Source: a virus
Strand: one strand, 5' to 3'
Virus record (IMG/VR): IMGVR_UViG_3300020165_002937
Length of the DNA: 64,000 nt
Shown: positions 38,598-48,600 of the stretch, piece after piece
Numbering within the stretch: the first letter of the stretch is position 1
Layout of the letters: the number at the start of each line of letters is the position of its first letter
Notes under the pieces: model-generated
Seen by the model: only the letters and a program-made list of their open reading frames with translations
The model's database searches: none
What the model was told of the DNA's origin: nothing
Position numbers and translations under genes: made by a program

Positions 38598-40565
38598 ATG
38601 AGAACAATTGAAAATATCCGCAGATTTCGTCTAAGTGACACTTTTATAGATCCGTATAAGGAGAAAGAAGTGCCATGGGGCCCATTGGGCTATGTTACAT
38701 ACAAGAGAACATACTCAAGAAGATTAAGTGAATTCGATCCTGAATCAGCCGGCTCAGAAGAGTGGTGGCAAACATGTAGGCGTGTTATCGAAGGAATGTT
38801 TAACATGCAGAAGCAACATGTCTTCCAGCTTGGGTTAGAGTGGAACGATAATAAAGCTCAAAAAACTGCAAAAGATGCATATGGCCGACTTTTTGAACTA
38901 AAGTGGACTCCCCCTGGCCGCGGCCTGTGGATGATGGGCACTAAATTCGTAGAAGAGAGGACTGCCGCGGGCCTTTTCAATTGCGCTTTTCGTTCCACCA
39001 GGGATTTGGTCAGCAAAGGTGGTTATCTTTTCGCTTGGATGATGGATGCTTTAATGGTCGGCGTTGGCGTAGGTTTTGACACCGAGGGTGCCGGCACAGT
39101 TACCATAAAAGAACCCGAGTATACAAACGACACTTTAGTTATAGATGATTCGCGCGAAGGATGGGTTGATTCCGTCCATATGCTTTTAGATGGTTTCTTT
39201 TTTGGTGGTAAGGTCCCCAAATTCGATTATTCTGCCATTCGGCCCGAAGGTGCGTTAATTAGGGGCTTTGGGGGTACATCATCCGGCCCGGGCCCGCTGA
39301 TCGAGTTGCATAAAAACCTAACAGAGTTATACTCCGATAAGATTGGAGAAACTATCACATCCGTTGACATCGTAGATACCGAAAACCTAATTGGTCGTTG
39401 TGTGGTATCGGGTAATGTTCGACGCTCCGCTGCCTTAGCTATGGGGCGCCATGACGACACCAGATATCTTGAGATGAAGAATGATCAAGAAAAACTCTAT
39501 CACCATCGATGGGGCTCAAATAATTCTTTTAACGCTCAAGTTGGGATGGACTACACATGGCACGCAAAACAAAGCCAAAAGAACGGTGAGCCGGGTTATA
39601 TTTGGTTAGATAACGCCCGAACACGCGGCCGTTTTAAGGATGGGCCTCGATACGATGATATTAACGTAGCTGGTTTTAATCCCTGCGTTGAACAGCAATT
39701 AGAAGATGCAGAATTGTGTTGCCTAGTTGAAACATACCCAGCAAAACATGAAAACTCTGAAGACTACTTGCGTACTTTAAAGATCGCATATCTTTATGGA
39801 AAAACCATTACTCTTTCCAACACGCACTGGCCGGAGACAAACGCCAAGATGCTCAAAAATCGCAGGATTGGATTATCACAATCTGGGGTTGTGCAGGCGT
39901 TTAATAAGTTTGGTAGGAGAGAGGTATATCAAATGTGTGATCAGGCGTATGACTACGTTAAGCAACTAGATGAGGAGTATTCAAATTGGTTATGTATTCC
40001 AAAGTCGGTACGCATGACCTCTATTAAGCCATCTGGAACAGTTTCTCTCTTAAACGGCTCAACCCCAGGAATTCACTTTCCTGAAGACGAGTACTATATC
40101 CGTAGAATTAGATTTTCTGAGACTTCAGCTCTCCTAGGCCCATTGAAGGCTGCGGGCTACTATATGGAACCAGATGAGTATACCCCTCATACCACAGTAG
40201 TAGAGTTTCCGGTCCATGAGCCATACTTTACTAAAGGTAAACGAGATGTTAGTATGTGGGAGCAATTAGAAATGGCAGCTCAATATCAGCATTATTGGGC
40301 AGATAATTCAGTTTCTATTACAGTTACCTTTAAGCCAGAAGAGGCTGACCAGATTAAAGAGGCCTTAGAGCTTTATGAGACAAGATTAAAGGCAGTATCA
40401 TTTCTACGTCACGAAGAAACTGGATATGTGCAGGCGCCCTACGAACCCATAACAGCAGAGGAGTATGAAACTAAAATGTCAAGCATTACCCCGATCACAA
40501 AGTTTGAAACCGATGAGGGTGGAGCTGGTTCTAAATTTTGTACCAACGATACATGTACTATCTAG
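38598..40565 (+). CDS. nrdJ: Class II (B12-dependent) ribonucleotide reductase
   Basis: PPGRGLW, FNC, GNVRRSA, NPCVEQ, IKPSGT, C-terminal CxxxxC. Confidence 0.92.
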   Translation: MRTIENIRRFRLSDTFIDPYKEKEVPWGPLGYVTYKRTYSRRLSEFDPESAGSEEWWQTCRRVIEGMFNMQKQHVFQLGLEWNDNKAQKTAKDAYGRLFELKWTPPGRGLWMMGTKFVEERTAAGLFNCAFRSTRDLVSKGGYLFAWMMDALMVGVGVGFDTEGAGTVTIKEPEYTNDTLVIDDSREGWVDSVHMLLDGFFFGGKVPKFDYSAIRPEGALIRGFGGTSSGPGPLIELHKNLTELYSDKIGETITSVDIVDTENLIGRCVVSGNVRRSAALAMGRHDDTRYLEMKNDQEKLYHHRWGSNNSFNAQVGMDYTWHAKQSQKNGEPGYIWLDNARTRGRFKDGPRYDDINVAGFNPCVEQQLEDAELCCLVETYPAKHENSEDYLRTLKIAYLYGKTITLSNTHWPETNAKMLKNRRIGLSQSGVVQAFNKFGRREVYQMCDQAYDYVKQLDEEYSNWLCIPKSVRMTSIKPSGTVSLLNGSTPGIHFPEDEYYIRRIRFSETSALLGPLKAAGYYMEPDEYTPHTTVVEFPVHEPYFTKGKRDVSMWEQLEMAAQYQHYWADNSVSITVTFKPEEADQIKEALELYETRLKAVSFLRHEETGYVQAPYEPITAEEYETKMSSITPITKFETDEGGAGSKFCTNDTCTI

Positions 40566-40577
40566 AAAGGAGACGAT

Positions 40578-40838
40578 ATGAATTTTAGCCATCTTTTAAG
40601 TGAAAAACGCCGGAGACTAACATGTAGAAATAAAGCAGTGTCTTCGGAAGAGTGCTATTGGGTACCCACCGGTAATATACGCTCAATGATAGGAGGGCAC
40701 GTGAATGTTACACTATATTGCAGAAACTGTGGTAAAATAGAGGATGTTTTCCTGACATCCGATCAATTCAAAAATCAGGAAGAAATATTAACGAAACAAA
40801 TCAACAAGGAGATAAAACGTGTTCAAGCCCGTCAATAG
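40578..40838 (+). CDS. Small Zn-ribbon-like protein
   Basis: AAGGAG SD; CRNCG motif. Confidence 0.65.
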   Translation: MNFSHLLSEKRRRLTCRNKAVSSEECYWVPTGNIRSMIGGHVNVTLYCRNCGKIEDVFLTSDQFKNQEEILTKQINKEIKRVQARQ

Positions 40839-41091
40839 GCATCTTTTGGTAGAGATGCCTCTAGAAAGCGATACCGAGTCATTGGTAATTTTACCAGACA
40901 ATTACCAACCAAGGGATCATAACCATGCGGTAGTATCCGTTTTGGATATTGCTGATGATGCGAAACATCAACTAGCAAAAAATACGCAAATAGTGGTAGA
41001 CAGGTCAATGATCGAAGAAATTTACATTGGCCACACTACTTACAGTGTCATATTAGAAAACTATATTTTGGGTATTTTAGAAAATAAATAA
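40819..41091 (+). CDS. groES: GroES-like co-chaperonin (GTG start)
   Basis: FKPVNRHLLVE, VILPD, ILENYILG; 90 aa. Confidence 0.75.
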   Translation: MFKPVNRHLLVEMPLESDTESLVILPDNYQPRDHNHAVVSVLDIADDAKHQLAKNTQIVVDRSMIEEIYIGHTTYSVILENYILGILENK

Positions 41092-41124
41092 TTTACCTTT
41101 GCATCGGGGGGTGAATAATATAAT

Positions 41125-42063
41125 ATGGATAAACATTTTTACAACGAGGCCTCTGCCAAAAAACTTGGGTGGGAACCTAGTTGGTTTGGGGAAAAATATT
41201 TTGATGACAAGCTCGTACGAGCTATAAAAAAGTGGCAACGTTCCCGAGAGATCACGCCCGATGGCCTTTGCGGCCCGATGACGTTCCGCCGGCTGTGGAC
41301 CGAAAGACAGTCGGAGATAGACCACTTTAAACCATCCAATCTTCATTACTCAAATTATGTTGTTTATAACGGAGACTTTTTTCCTATTGAGTGGGACAAA
41401 TTTATCCTATGGTCGGAAAAAGGAGGCCTAACTGCTAAGCGCGGCCATTATTACGATTATTCCGGTCGTCCCAAGCGAAAGATAAGATATTTTGTAAATC
41501 ACTGGGATGTCTGTTTATCATCAAATTCTTGCCAGAATGTGCTAGACAAGAGAGGCATTTCAGTGCATTTTTTAATAGACAACGATGGCACAATTTACCA
41601 AACTATGGACATGCAACATGCAGCGTGGCATGCCGGCTCAGCGCGAACCAATCGGCCATCAATTGGTGTCGAGATCACCAACGCATATTATCTAAAATAC
41701 CAAGACTGGTATAAACAGAACGGACTTGGTCAACGCCCAATTGTTGATGATGCCTGGGTTCATGGCACCAAACTGTCGCCGTTCCTGGGTTTTTACCCGA
41801 CACAAATAAATGCCCTCAAATCGCTTTGGAAGGCTATAAAAAATGCAACTGACATACCTTACCAAACACCTCAAAATCAGTTCGGAAAGACTTCGACCAA
41901 GTACGAACAAGAAGTGGCGTACGGGAATTTTACAGGGTTTGTTAGCCACTACCACGTGAGCAAAAGCAAGATAGACTGCGCCGGCTTAGATATAGCCGCG
42001 CTTTTAAAAGAAATAGAAGAAGAAGAAAGGGATAGTTGCCCAATCGACGATTTCCCGCAATAA
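41125..42063 (+). CDS. Endolysin: PG-binding domain plus N-acetylmuramoyl-L-alanine amidase
   Basis: AIKKWQ...DGLCGPMT; SVHFLID.DG.IYQ, AWHAG, SIGVEI, SH, K.DC. Confidence 0.85.
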   Translation: MDKHFYNEASAKKLGWEPSWFGEKYFDDKLVRAIKKWQRSREITPDGLCGPMTFRRLWTERQSEIDHFKPSNLHYSNYVVYNGDFFPIEWDKFILWSEKGGLTAKRGHYYDYSGRPKRKIRYFVNHWDVCLSSNSCQNVLDKRGISVHFLIDNDGTIYQTMDMQHAAWHAGSARTNRPSIGVEITNAYYLKYQDWYKQNGLGQRPIVDDAWVHGTKLSPFLGFYPTQINALKSLWKAIKNATDIPYQTPQNQFGKTSTKYEQEVAYGNFTGFVSHYHVSKSKIDCAGLDIAALLKEIEEEERDSCPIDDFPQ

Positions 42064-42096
42064 GTTATATAATAAACTTTTATCCCTACTTAAGAC

Positions 42097-42633
42097 ATGG
42101 GGATTTTATTTTTTTGGCTAAGCTGCCTAGGCGCTTTAGCGTCTGAGCCTTTTATGTTGAGGATTAGTAGTCCTCCTGTGTTGGAAGTTTTTGTACTAGG
42201 GCTTCCACATCAAAAAGCTGCATGGGATGTCACCCCGACTATACGAATATGCCAAAGCTCAGAGGTCGATGTATACAGGGTCTCACATGCGTCGAGATAT
42301 TGGGAGAAATTGGGGTATAAATTCGATGGAGTTTATCTCGACAGTTCACCGACATGCATGAATCCGAGATTTGGGGAAATTTTAGTAGCCCTCCCCGAAG
42401 GAGACTTTCGTTCGTCTCACATGGCATCAACAAAAATATACACTCATGTGAAAAATAACACCATAGTAAAAGCTAAAATATATATTACGCCACGAAATTC
42501 AAAAAAACAAAGGGTTTTGGAGCATGAAATTGGCCACGCTCTTGGATGGAGTCACTACAACCAAAAATTTCATATGATGAATTCAAATTGGTTTTTAGGT
42601 GGTTATGACGACCGCGGTCTTCGACAAAAATAA
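42097..42633 (+). CDS. Matrixin/M10-like zinc metallopeptidase with signal peptide
   Basis: HEIGHALGWSH plus Met-turn HMM. Confidence 0.8.
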   Translation: MGILFFWLSCLGALASEPFMLRISSPPVLEVFVLGLPHQKAAWDVTPTIRICQSSEVDVYRVSHASRYWEKLGYKFDGVYLDSSPTCMNPRFGEILVALPEGDFRSSHMASTKIYTHVKNNTIVKAKIYITPRNSKKQRVLEHEIGHALGWSHYNQKFHMMNSNWFLGGYDDRGLRQK

Positions 42634-42662
42634 TTGACAAACAACGCCAATTAAGTTATAAT
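42634..42662 (+). promoter_or_regulatory. Perfect sigma70 promoter TTGACA-17-TATAAT
   Basis: Exact consensus. Confidence 0.85.
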
Positions 42663-42687
42663 ATTTTAAACATAAACTAGGAGAAAC

Positions 42688-43878
42688 ATGTTTACAAACT
42701 TATTGTTATCGCTATGCCTTATGGGCACCGCAAACGCTGAAGCTTTGAGCGACAGCGAGACGTCTTATTCGGGCGCATCTATCTTAGAAGGGGACTGGGA
42801 CGTATCGTTTGAAACCGCTACCGACATCGCTGGCAGTGAGGGCCGATTTCCGTACGCCTTTTTTGAGGGGAATACCCTTTACGTGGGGAACTCGGATATT
42901 TATGATAACACCGTTGATGCCATTGTGGAATTTTTCTGGTTTCAATCGTCGATTGATAGGGGTACAGATTTTTATGTTGCCGTCATTAAAACGCGAGTTA
43001 CCCCAGGGCATGACTGCCACTACGCACCTTGGGACTGGGCAAGAGGAGCACAATGCAAACTCTGGGCTGATGAATGGAGTGATTGGGGTGAACATCCAGT
43101 TTTAAGTGTTGAAGCTATGACTGACGTTGAGCGCGAGCAAGGAGCTTTCCGCTGGGACTGGTCAGTCCCATTTGAGTCATATGGCATCGATGCTTACGGG
43201 CAAGTTACATTCCAGAACGCTTACGGAATTGGTTCTGATTCAGAAGGTGCTGTAATGGCGCATGGGGAATATAAGATCGATGAAGAAGGCACCGAAATGC
43301 AAGCAGCCGGTAATCTCCAGGTGAAGGGCTACCACTCGTCGGAGTACTCGGTCCAGACGCAATATGAAGTTACCCTTTATGAGTGGGATTTGTTTGTCGA
43401 TGGGCGCGCCGATCTAATGGCGTGGGACATGTATCTAAACCTAGGCACCCGTGAAACACAGTCCGCCTATCACGAATACTTTTTGAGTATCCAAGTTGAA
43501 GAAGGCATGCCTTTCATGATAGACGAGTTAAACTTTGTGGGTAACTTCGATACTGGTTGGTATGACCCTTTCCATCATGAGCTTGGCGTAACATTGAGCG
43601 ATTTAGTAATTTCGCAGCCGTTTTTTATTCCTGCTGATGAGGGAGATGAAGAACAGCCAGTCACCGCAGATACCGGTGATGCACCCGAGCAAGAAGATAC
43701 TGGGTTTGAACATGAGGAGAATTCAGATACCGGTGGCCCGTTTGAGTTTGCTGAAAATACGAGAGGCCCAAGTCCCAAATCTTCTGCAGGGTGTAACAGC
43801 GTGTTAACTAGCCGCGGCAGTTTGTACGTTATCTTTATGGCTGCTTTGGTAGCCGGCTTTAGACGAAAAGAAGATTGA
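42688..43878 (+). CDS. Secreted acidic protein with MYXO-CTERM-like sorting tail
   Basis: Signal peptide; DTG-rich linker; SAGC, then TM helix, then RRK at the C-terminus. Confidence 0.7.
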   Translation: MFTNLLLSLCLMGTANAEALSDSETSYSGASILEGDWDVSFETATDIAGSEGRFPYAFFEGNTLYVGNSDIYDNTVDAIVEFFWFQSSIDRGTDFYVAVIKTRVTPGHDCHYAPWDWARGAQCKLWADEWSDWGEHPVLSVEAMTDVEREQGAFRWDWSVPFESYGIDAYGQVTFQNAYGIGSDSEGAVMAHGEYKIDEEGTEMQAAGNLQVKGYHSSEYSVQTQYEVTLYEWDLFVDGRADLMAWDMYLNLGTRETQSAYHEYFLSIQVEEGMPFMIDELNFVGNFDTGWYDPFHHELGVTLSDLVISQPFFIPADEGDEEQPVTADTGDAPEQEDTGFEHEENSDTGGPFEFAENTRGPSPKSSAGCNSVLTSRGSLYVIFMAALVAGFRRKED

Positions 43879-44807
43879 TACTTGAATATGAAAATGTTGT
43901 CGTAGGCAGTTCTTTGAGCGCTGTTTTATATGCGTTCAATAATCAATACCCCCTTCTGTTTACGAAAGCCTCGCGCCCTTTTAGGTTTGATTATTTAGAA
44001 CAGGGGGTAGACCTATCCTCTCTAAAAATCCCGCGGGAGCTAAATGTCTTAACAACATTTCAAGAAAAAAAAGAAAAGGGAGTTCGCAAAGAGATTCTTT
44101 GGGAAAGGCTACTATTTTTATTATCCCTAGACGGTAATGTCCCGCTTTCTAATTTGTGCCACTCAATGCGGTATGACGGGGAAAAGATTACCTGCTCTAA
44201 CGAATATTCTAAAATAGCAGAGATCGGCTTTGATCGGTGCATATATTTTGAGCAAGAGATATCCGGCCTTGATATTAAAAGAAAACTTGCAGACAACAGA
44301 TATATGTGTTATGATTGGGTAGCTTTCCATAAAGGGGGCAAGCATGAGATTGACTATTTTAAAACTGATGACGAGTTTGTGTCCGAAGTTTGGTTTTATC
44401 CATCGGATAGGATAGACGGAAATACTAAAATAAAAGATGCATGTATAAAATCCTTCATAGATAACGACTCCGTGAATGATTTTAATTTTTCAGAAACAAT
44501 GGCTCGCTTTAAGCTAGTTCACGAAATGGAGTCGAGAGGGATGAAAGGAAAATTTAATGGATACGGAAAATCAGGAAAAGCAAGATATTACAAACATAGA
44601 ACGTCTAGCATCTTCCGCCAAACATGTGGCGTCGAATATGAATACACGTCCGAATCCAGTCGGATTGAGATTGGTGAAAAGAATGAACAAGTTTTGCTGC
44701 AGAGCCTACCGGCGTCTTGTGTGGCCTACGATAGATTTTTAATGAATTATGAAGAACACACACTTAGCAGGAATAATACCGGTCGCGAATCTAAAGTCGG
44801 AATTTGA
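43875..44807 (+). CDS. Degenerate Rossmann-fold/FAD oxidoreductase-like protein
   Basis: YENVVVGSSLSAVLYA resembles a beta-alpha dinucleotide motif without GxGxxG. Confidence 0.5.
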   Translation: MILEYENVVVGSSLSAVLYAFNNQYPLLFTKASRPFRFDYLEQGVDLSSLKIPRELNVLTTFQEKKEKGVRKEILWERLLFLLSLDGNVPLSNLCHSMRYDGEKITCSNEYSKIAEIGFDRCIYFEQEISGLDIKRKLADNRYMCYDWVAFHKGGKHEIDYFKTDDEFVSEVWFYPSDRIDGNTKIKDACIKSFIDNDSVNDFNFSETMARFKLVHEMESRGMKGKFNGYGKSGKARYYKHRTSSIFRQTCGVEYEYTSESSRIEIGEKNEQVLLQSLPASCVAYDRFLMNYEEHTLSRNNTGRESKVGI

Positions 44808-45624
44808 ACTTAAGACTCCCGAGATACTGCTGCCAATAAGTAGCGATTTTACAGCCATTCAAAAATCAGTTTTTGAGTGTGCATTGGCCGGCTGCAATAC
44901 TATTTGGATTGTAGCTAATGACGATTTAGCACCGATAGTCAAACAGGTGGTAGGTGATTGGACTTACGATCCGGTGTATTATAACAGAATGTCTAAATTT
45001 AAGTCAGAACAAAGAAAAGAAATACCTATATATTATGTTCCGATTCATCCAAAAGACCGCGCCCGTCGCGATTCTTATGGATGGTCAGTTTTGTATGGTA
45101 TCCATTCGGCTTGGCGAGTGGCATATAATATCTCTCACTGGTTAATACCCGAGAAATATTTTATATCATTTCCGATGTCCGTTTACAATTTTCATATATT
45201 AAGGGAACATCGGCCGGCAATTTCATCCAAAGAAAGAAACTTCTACCTGTCTTACGAAAACCAGACAGTGCAGGATGGGTTGCCACTACCATTTACTATG
45301 ACAGGAGAAGATTTTAAAAAATGCCGAAGAGAAATAAACAAAAAAACCACAAAGGAATTTTTACACCCAGGACCCAACGAGCAATACCCTTCCGAGAGGT
45401 TGCCAATAGAAGAGCGCTGGTCGGCGCGCCATTTCAGCCTAAAAGAAATATTTGGGGAGGTTGATCGTGAAGAAGCTTTTAACGCTAGCCTCGATTGGTA
45501 TAGTGATATTTCTACTTGGGGTGGATATTGCAATTTTCTTGGGTCGACTAATTCCATAGAAACCCCCCAAAAGGCCTTGACGACCCCACACCAGCATGTT
45601 ATGATACCTTATAAGGAGGATTAA
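44749..45624 (+). CDS. Degenerate sugar-nucleotidyltransferase-like protein
   Basis: GIIPVA....F....PEILLPI, ECALAGCNTIWIV, late DI.TW motif. Confidence 0.6.
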   Translation: MKNTHLAGIIPVANLKSEFELKTPEILLPISSDFTAIQKSVFECALAGCNTIWIVANDDLAPIVKQVVGDWTYDPVYYNRMSKFKSEQRKEIPIYYVPIHPKDRARRDSYGWSVLYGIHSAWRVAYNISHWLIPEKYFISFPMSVYNFHILREHRPAISSKERNFYLSYENQTVQDGLPLPFTMTGEDFKKCRREINKKTTKEFLHPGPNEQYPSERLPIEERWSARHFSLKEIFGEVDREEAFNASLDWYSDISTWGGYCNFLGSTNSIETPQKALTTPHQHVMIPYKED

Positions 45625-48600
45625 ATGGATCGAAATGATTCTAAAATTAAGTTTGTTGGCCTGCATGCACACAGTGTAGCCGGCTCTATTTTTGACGCTA
45701 TCGGGTACCCCCAAGCTCATATGGACTTTGCATATAAAAATGGGTGTGATGCTTTGGCACTCACAGATCACGGGAACATGAACGGGTTAGCCTATCAGGT
45801 TTTACATGCGAAGAAGATGAAGGAGGCCGGCCAAGATTTTAAACCAATCTTTGGCTGCGAAGCTTATTTCATCCCGTCTATCGAAGATTGGAAGGAAGAA
45901 TACACGAGAGCGATGGAAGACAAGAAGCGCGCCCGTTCAGCGAAGGCCGATACGGCGTCCGGCGCCACTGTCGAAGATGAAGGTGCATCCAAAAAGACTC
46001 AGGACATTTTAAGGCGCCGGCGCCACCTAGTTCTGCTGGCCCAAAATCAGACGGGATTGAACAACTTGTTCAAGCTTGTGTCAGAATCTTATAAAGCTGA
46101 AAATTTTTATCGCTATCCACGTATCGACTACTCTCTTCTAAAGAAATATGGAGAGGGTATTATCGCCTCTTCTGCATGCCTAGGTGGCGTTTACGCAGGC
46201 AACTACTGGGAGAACCGAGATGATGGTGATGAAGCCGTCCTAGATGCGATGAGAGAGTCTACACAACAAATGGTTGATATCTTCGGTGATCGCTGGTACG
46301 CTGAAGTTCAGTGGAACAATATCAAAGAACAACACGAATTAAATCAATATGTTATTCAGGTTGCAGAAGAGTTTGGTGTCTCTGTTCTAACAACAGCCGA
46401 TAGCCACTATCCCGATCCTGATGCTTGGAAAGACCGAGAGCTTTACAAGCGATTAGGTTGGCTAGGCAAAGGCCGCCCCTCTTGGGCCGAAGAAGAGTCC
46501 CAGCTGCCCGCCGGCGTAGAAGAGATCGGTTACGAACTGTATCCGAAGAATGGCGATCAAATGTGGGAGAGTTACAAGCAATACTCTAAGGAGCAGGGCT
46601 TTGAATATGACGATGAGTTGGTGTTGCAAAGTATCGAAGAATCTCACCGGATCGCTTTTAATCGTATTGAGTCGTTCTTACCAGATAACACAGTCCGCTT
46701 ACCTGAATTTGTAGTACCGGCCGGCTTTACAGCGACCCAAGCACTAGTGAATTATGCGCTTGAGGGCCTAAAAGATAAGGGGCTGCACACCAACAAGGAA
46801 TACACAGATCGCTTGAAGCACGAACTTAATGTGATTGATGATCGCGGCTTTTCAAAATACTTCTTAACAATGAAATCTATTGTTGATGTCGCAACCGATA
46901 TGATGCTAACTGGCCCGGGCCGAGGATCTGCTGCCGGCTCGCTGGTGGCATATGCGTTAAACATCACACAAGTTGATCCCATTAAGTACGATCTACTGTT
47001 CTCTCGATTTTTGAGATCAGACGCAGAAGATTACCCAGACATCGACTATGATGTGTCCGATAGCATGTCGTTGAAAGAGCGGCTTGTTGAAATGTGGGGC
47101 GAAGATTGTGTCGCGCCAATCTCAAACTGGAACACACTACAGTTAAAATCTTTAATAAAAGACATCTCAAAGTTGTATAACATTCCCTTTACAGAGGTCA
47201 ACACAGTTACCTCAATCATGATTCGTGAGGCCACCCCTGAAGCAAAACAAAAGCATGGTATCAAGGCCGGAGTGTACGTGCCGACTTGGGAAGAAGTCAT
47301 GGAGTATTCTCCGGCGTTGCGTTCATACTTGAATAAATACCCCGAAGTAAAAACTCATGTCGAGGGTCTGGTTGGACAGGTGAGATCCTGTTCACGTCAT
47401 GCTGGCGGCGTTGTAATCGCGGAGAACCTTGACAAGAACATGCCTCTTATTAATTCTGGTGGGGTGCGACAGGCTCCATGGGCGGAAGGCCAGAACGTCC
47501 GACATCTTGAACCCATGGGCTTCATTAAGTTCGATCTTCTTGGTCTGTCGACCCTCAAGATGATGGAGGGGTGTATTGAACATATTCTTCACAGACACCA
47601 CGGAGTAGAGACACCCACATTTGCGCAAGTCAGGGCTTACTACGAAAAGTACCTTCACCCCGATCGTCTTGATATGAACAACTCAGAGATATATGAAAAT
47701 ATTTTTCACTCTGGCAAGTGGGCTGGAATCTTCCAGTTCACCGAGCAGGGCGCCCAGCAGTTTTGTGTTAGAGCCAAGCCCAACAACATTATTGATGTAT
47801 CAGCGGTTACATCTATCTTTCGCCCCGGCCCCCTTTCGGCCGGCGTCGATGCTGACTATGTAGAGGCCAAGGAAAGCCCGCACTATATTAAATATCTTAA
47901 CGATGACGCGCATGACATTACTCAGGAGACCTTTGGTTTCTTGATCTTTCAAGAGCAGATCGCACTACTTGCTCACAAGCTTGGCGGTCTAACACTTGAT
48001 GAAGGCAATATGCTTCGCAAGGTGCTGACTAAGAAGGGTACTGGCAAGGGCTCAGTTAAGGGAAGGTTACATAACAAGTTCATTAGTGGCTGCGTCGAGA
48101 AGGGGATTGACAAAGACGAGGCTCAAAGTCTGTGGGACAAGTTTGAATACTTCTCAGGCTACGGCTTCAACAAGTCACATGCAGTTAGCTATTCGATCAT
48201 ATCTTACCAATGCGCATGGCTGTATAATTACTACCCAGCCGAATGGATGGCTGCATTTTTAGACAAGGAACCAGAAAGTCGAAAAGAAAAGGCCATCAAC
48301 ATTGCTAAGCGCTTCGGCTTTAAGATAGCACCCCTCGACGTTAACAAGTCAGGTACCGTTTGGGAGATAAGCGATGATGGAAAGACTCTTATCCAGCCGC
48401 TGACTTCTATCAAGGGCTTAGGAAACGCTGCGATTGAGCAAGTCTTAAATAATCGGCCCTTCCCCGATATCGAATCTCTTCTTTTCAACGAGGGGATCGT
48501 TTATAGCAAGTTAAATAAAAAATCACTAGACGCTCTGTGTCGCGGCGGTGCCCTAGACAGTATCGTTGACGACAGGTTCACAGGTCGCAAACACTTCTGG

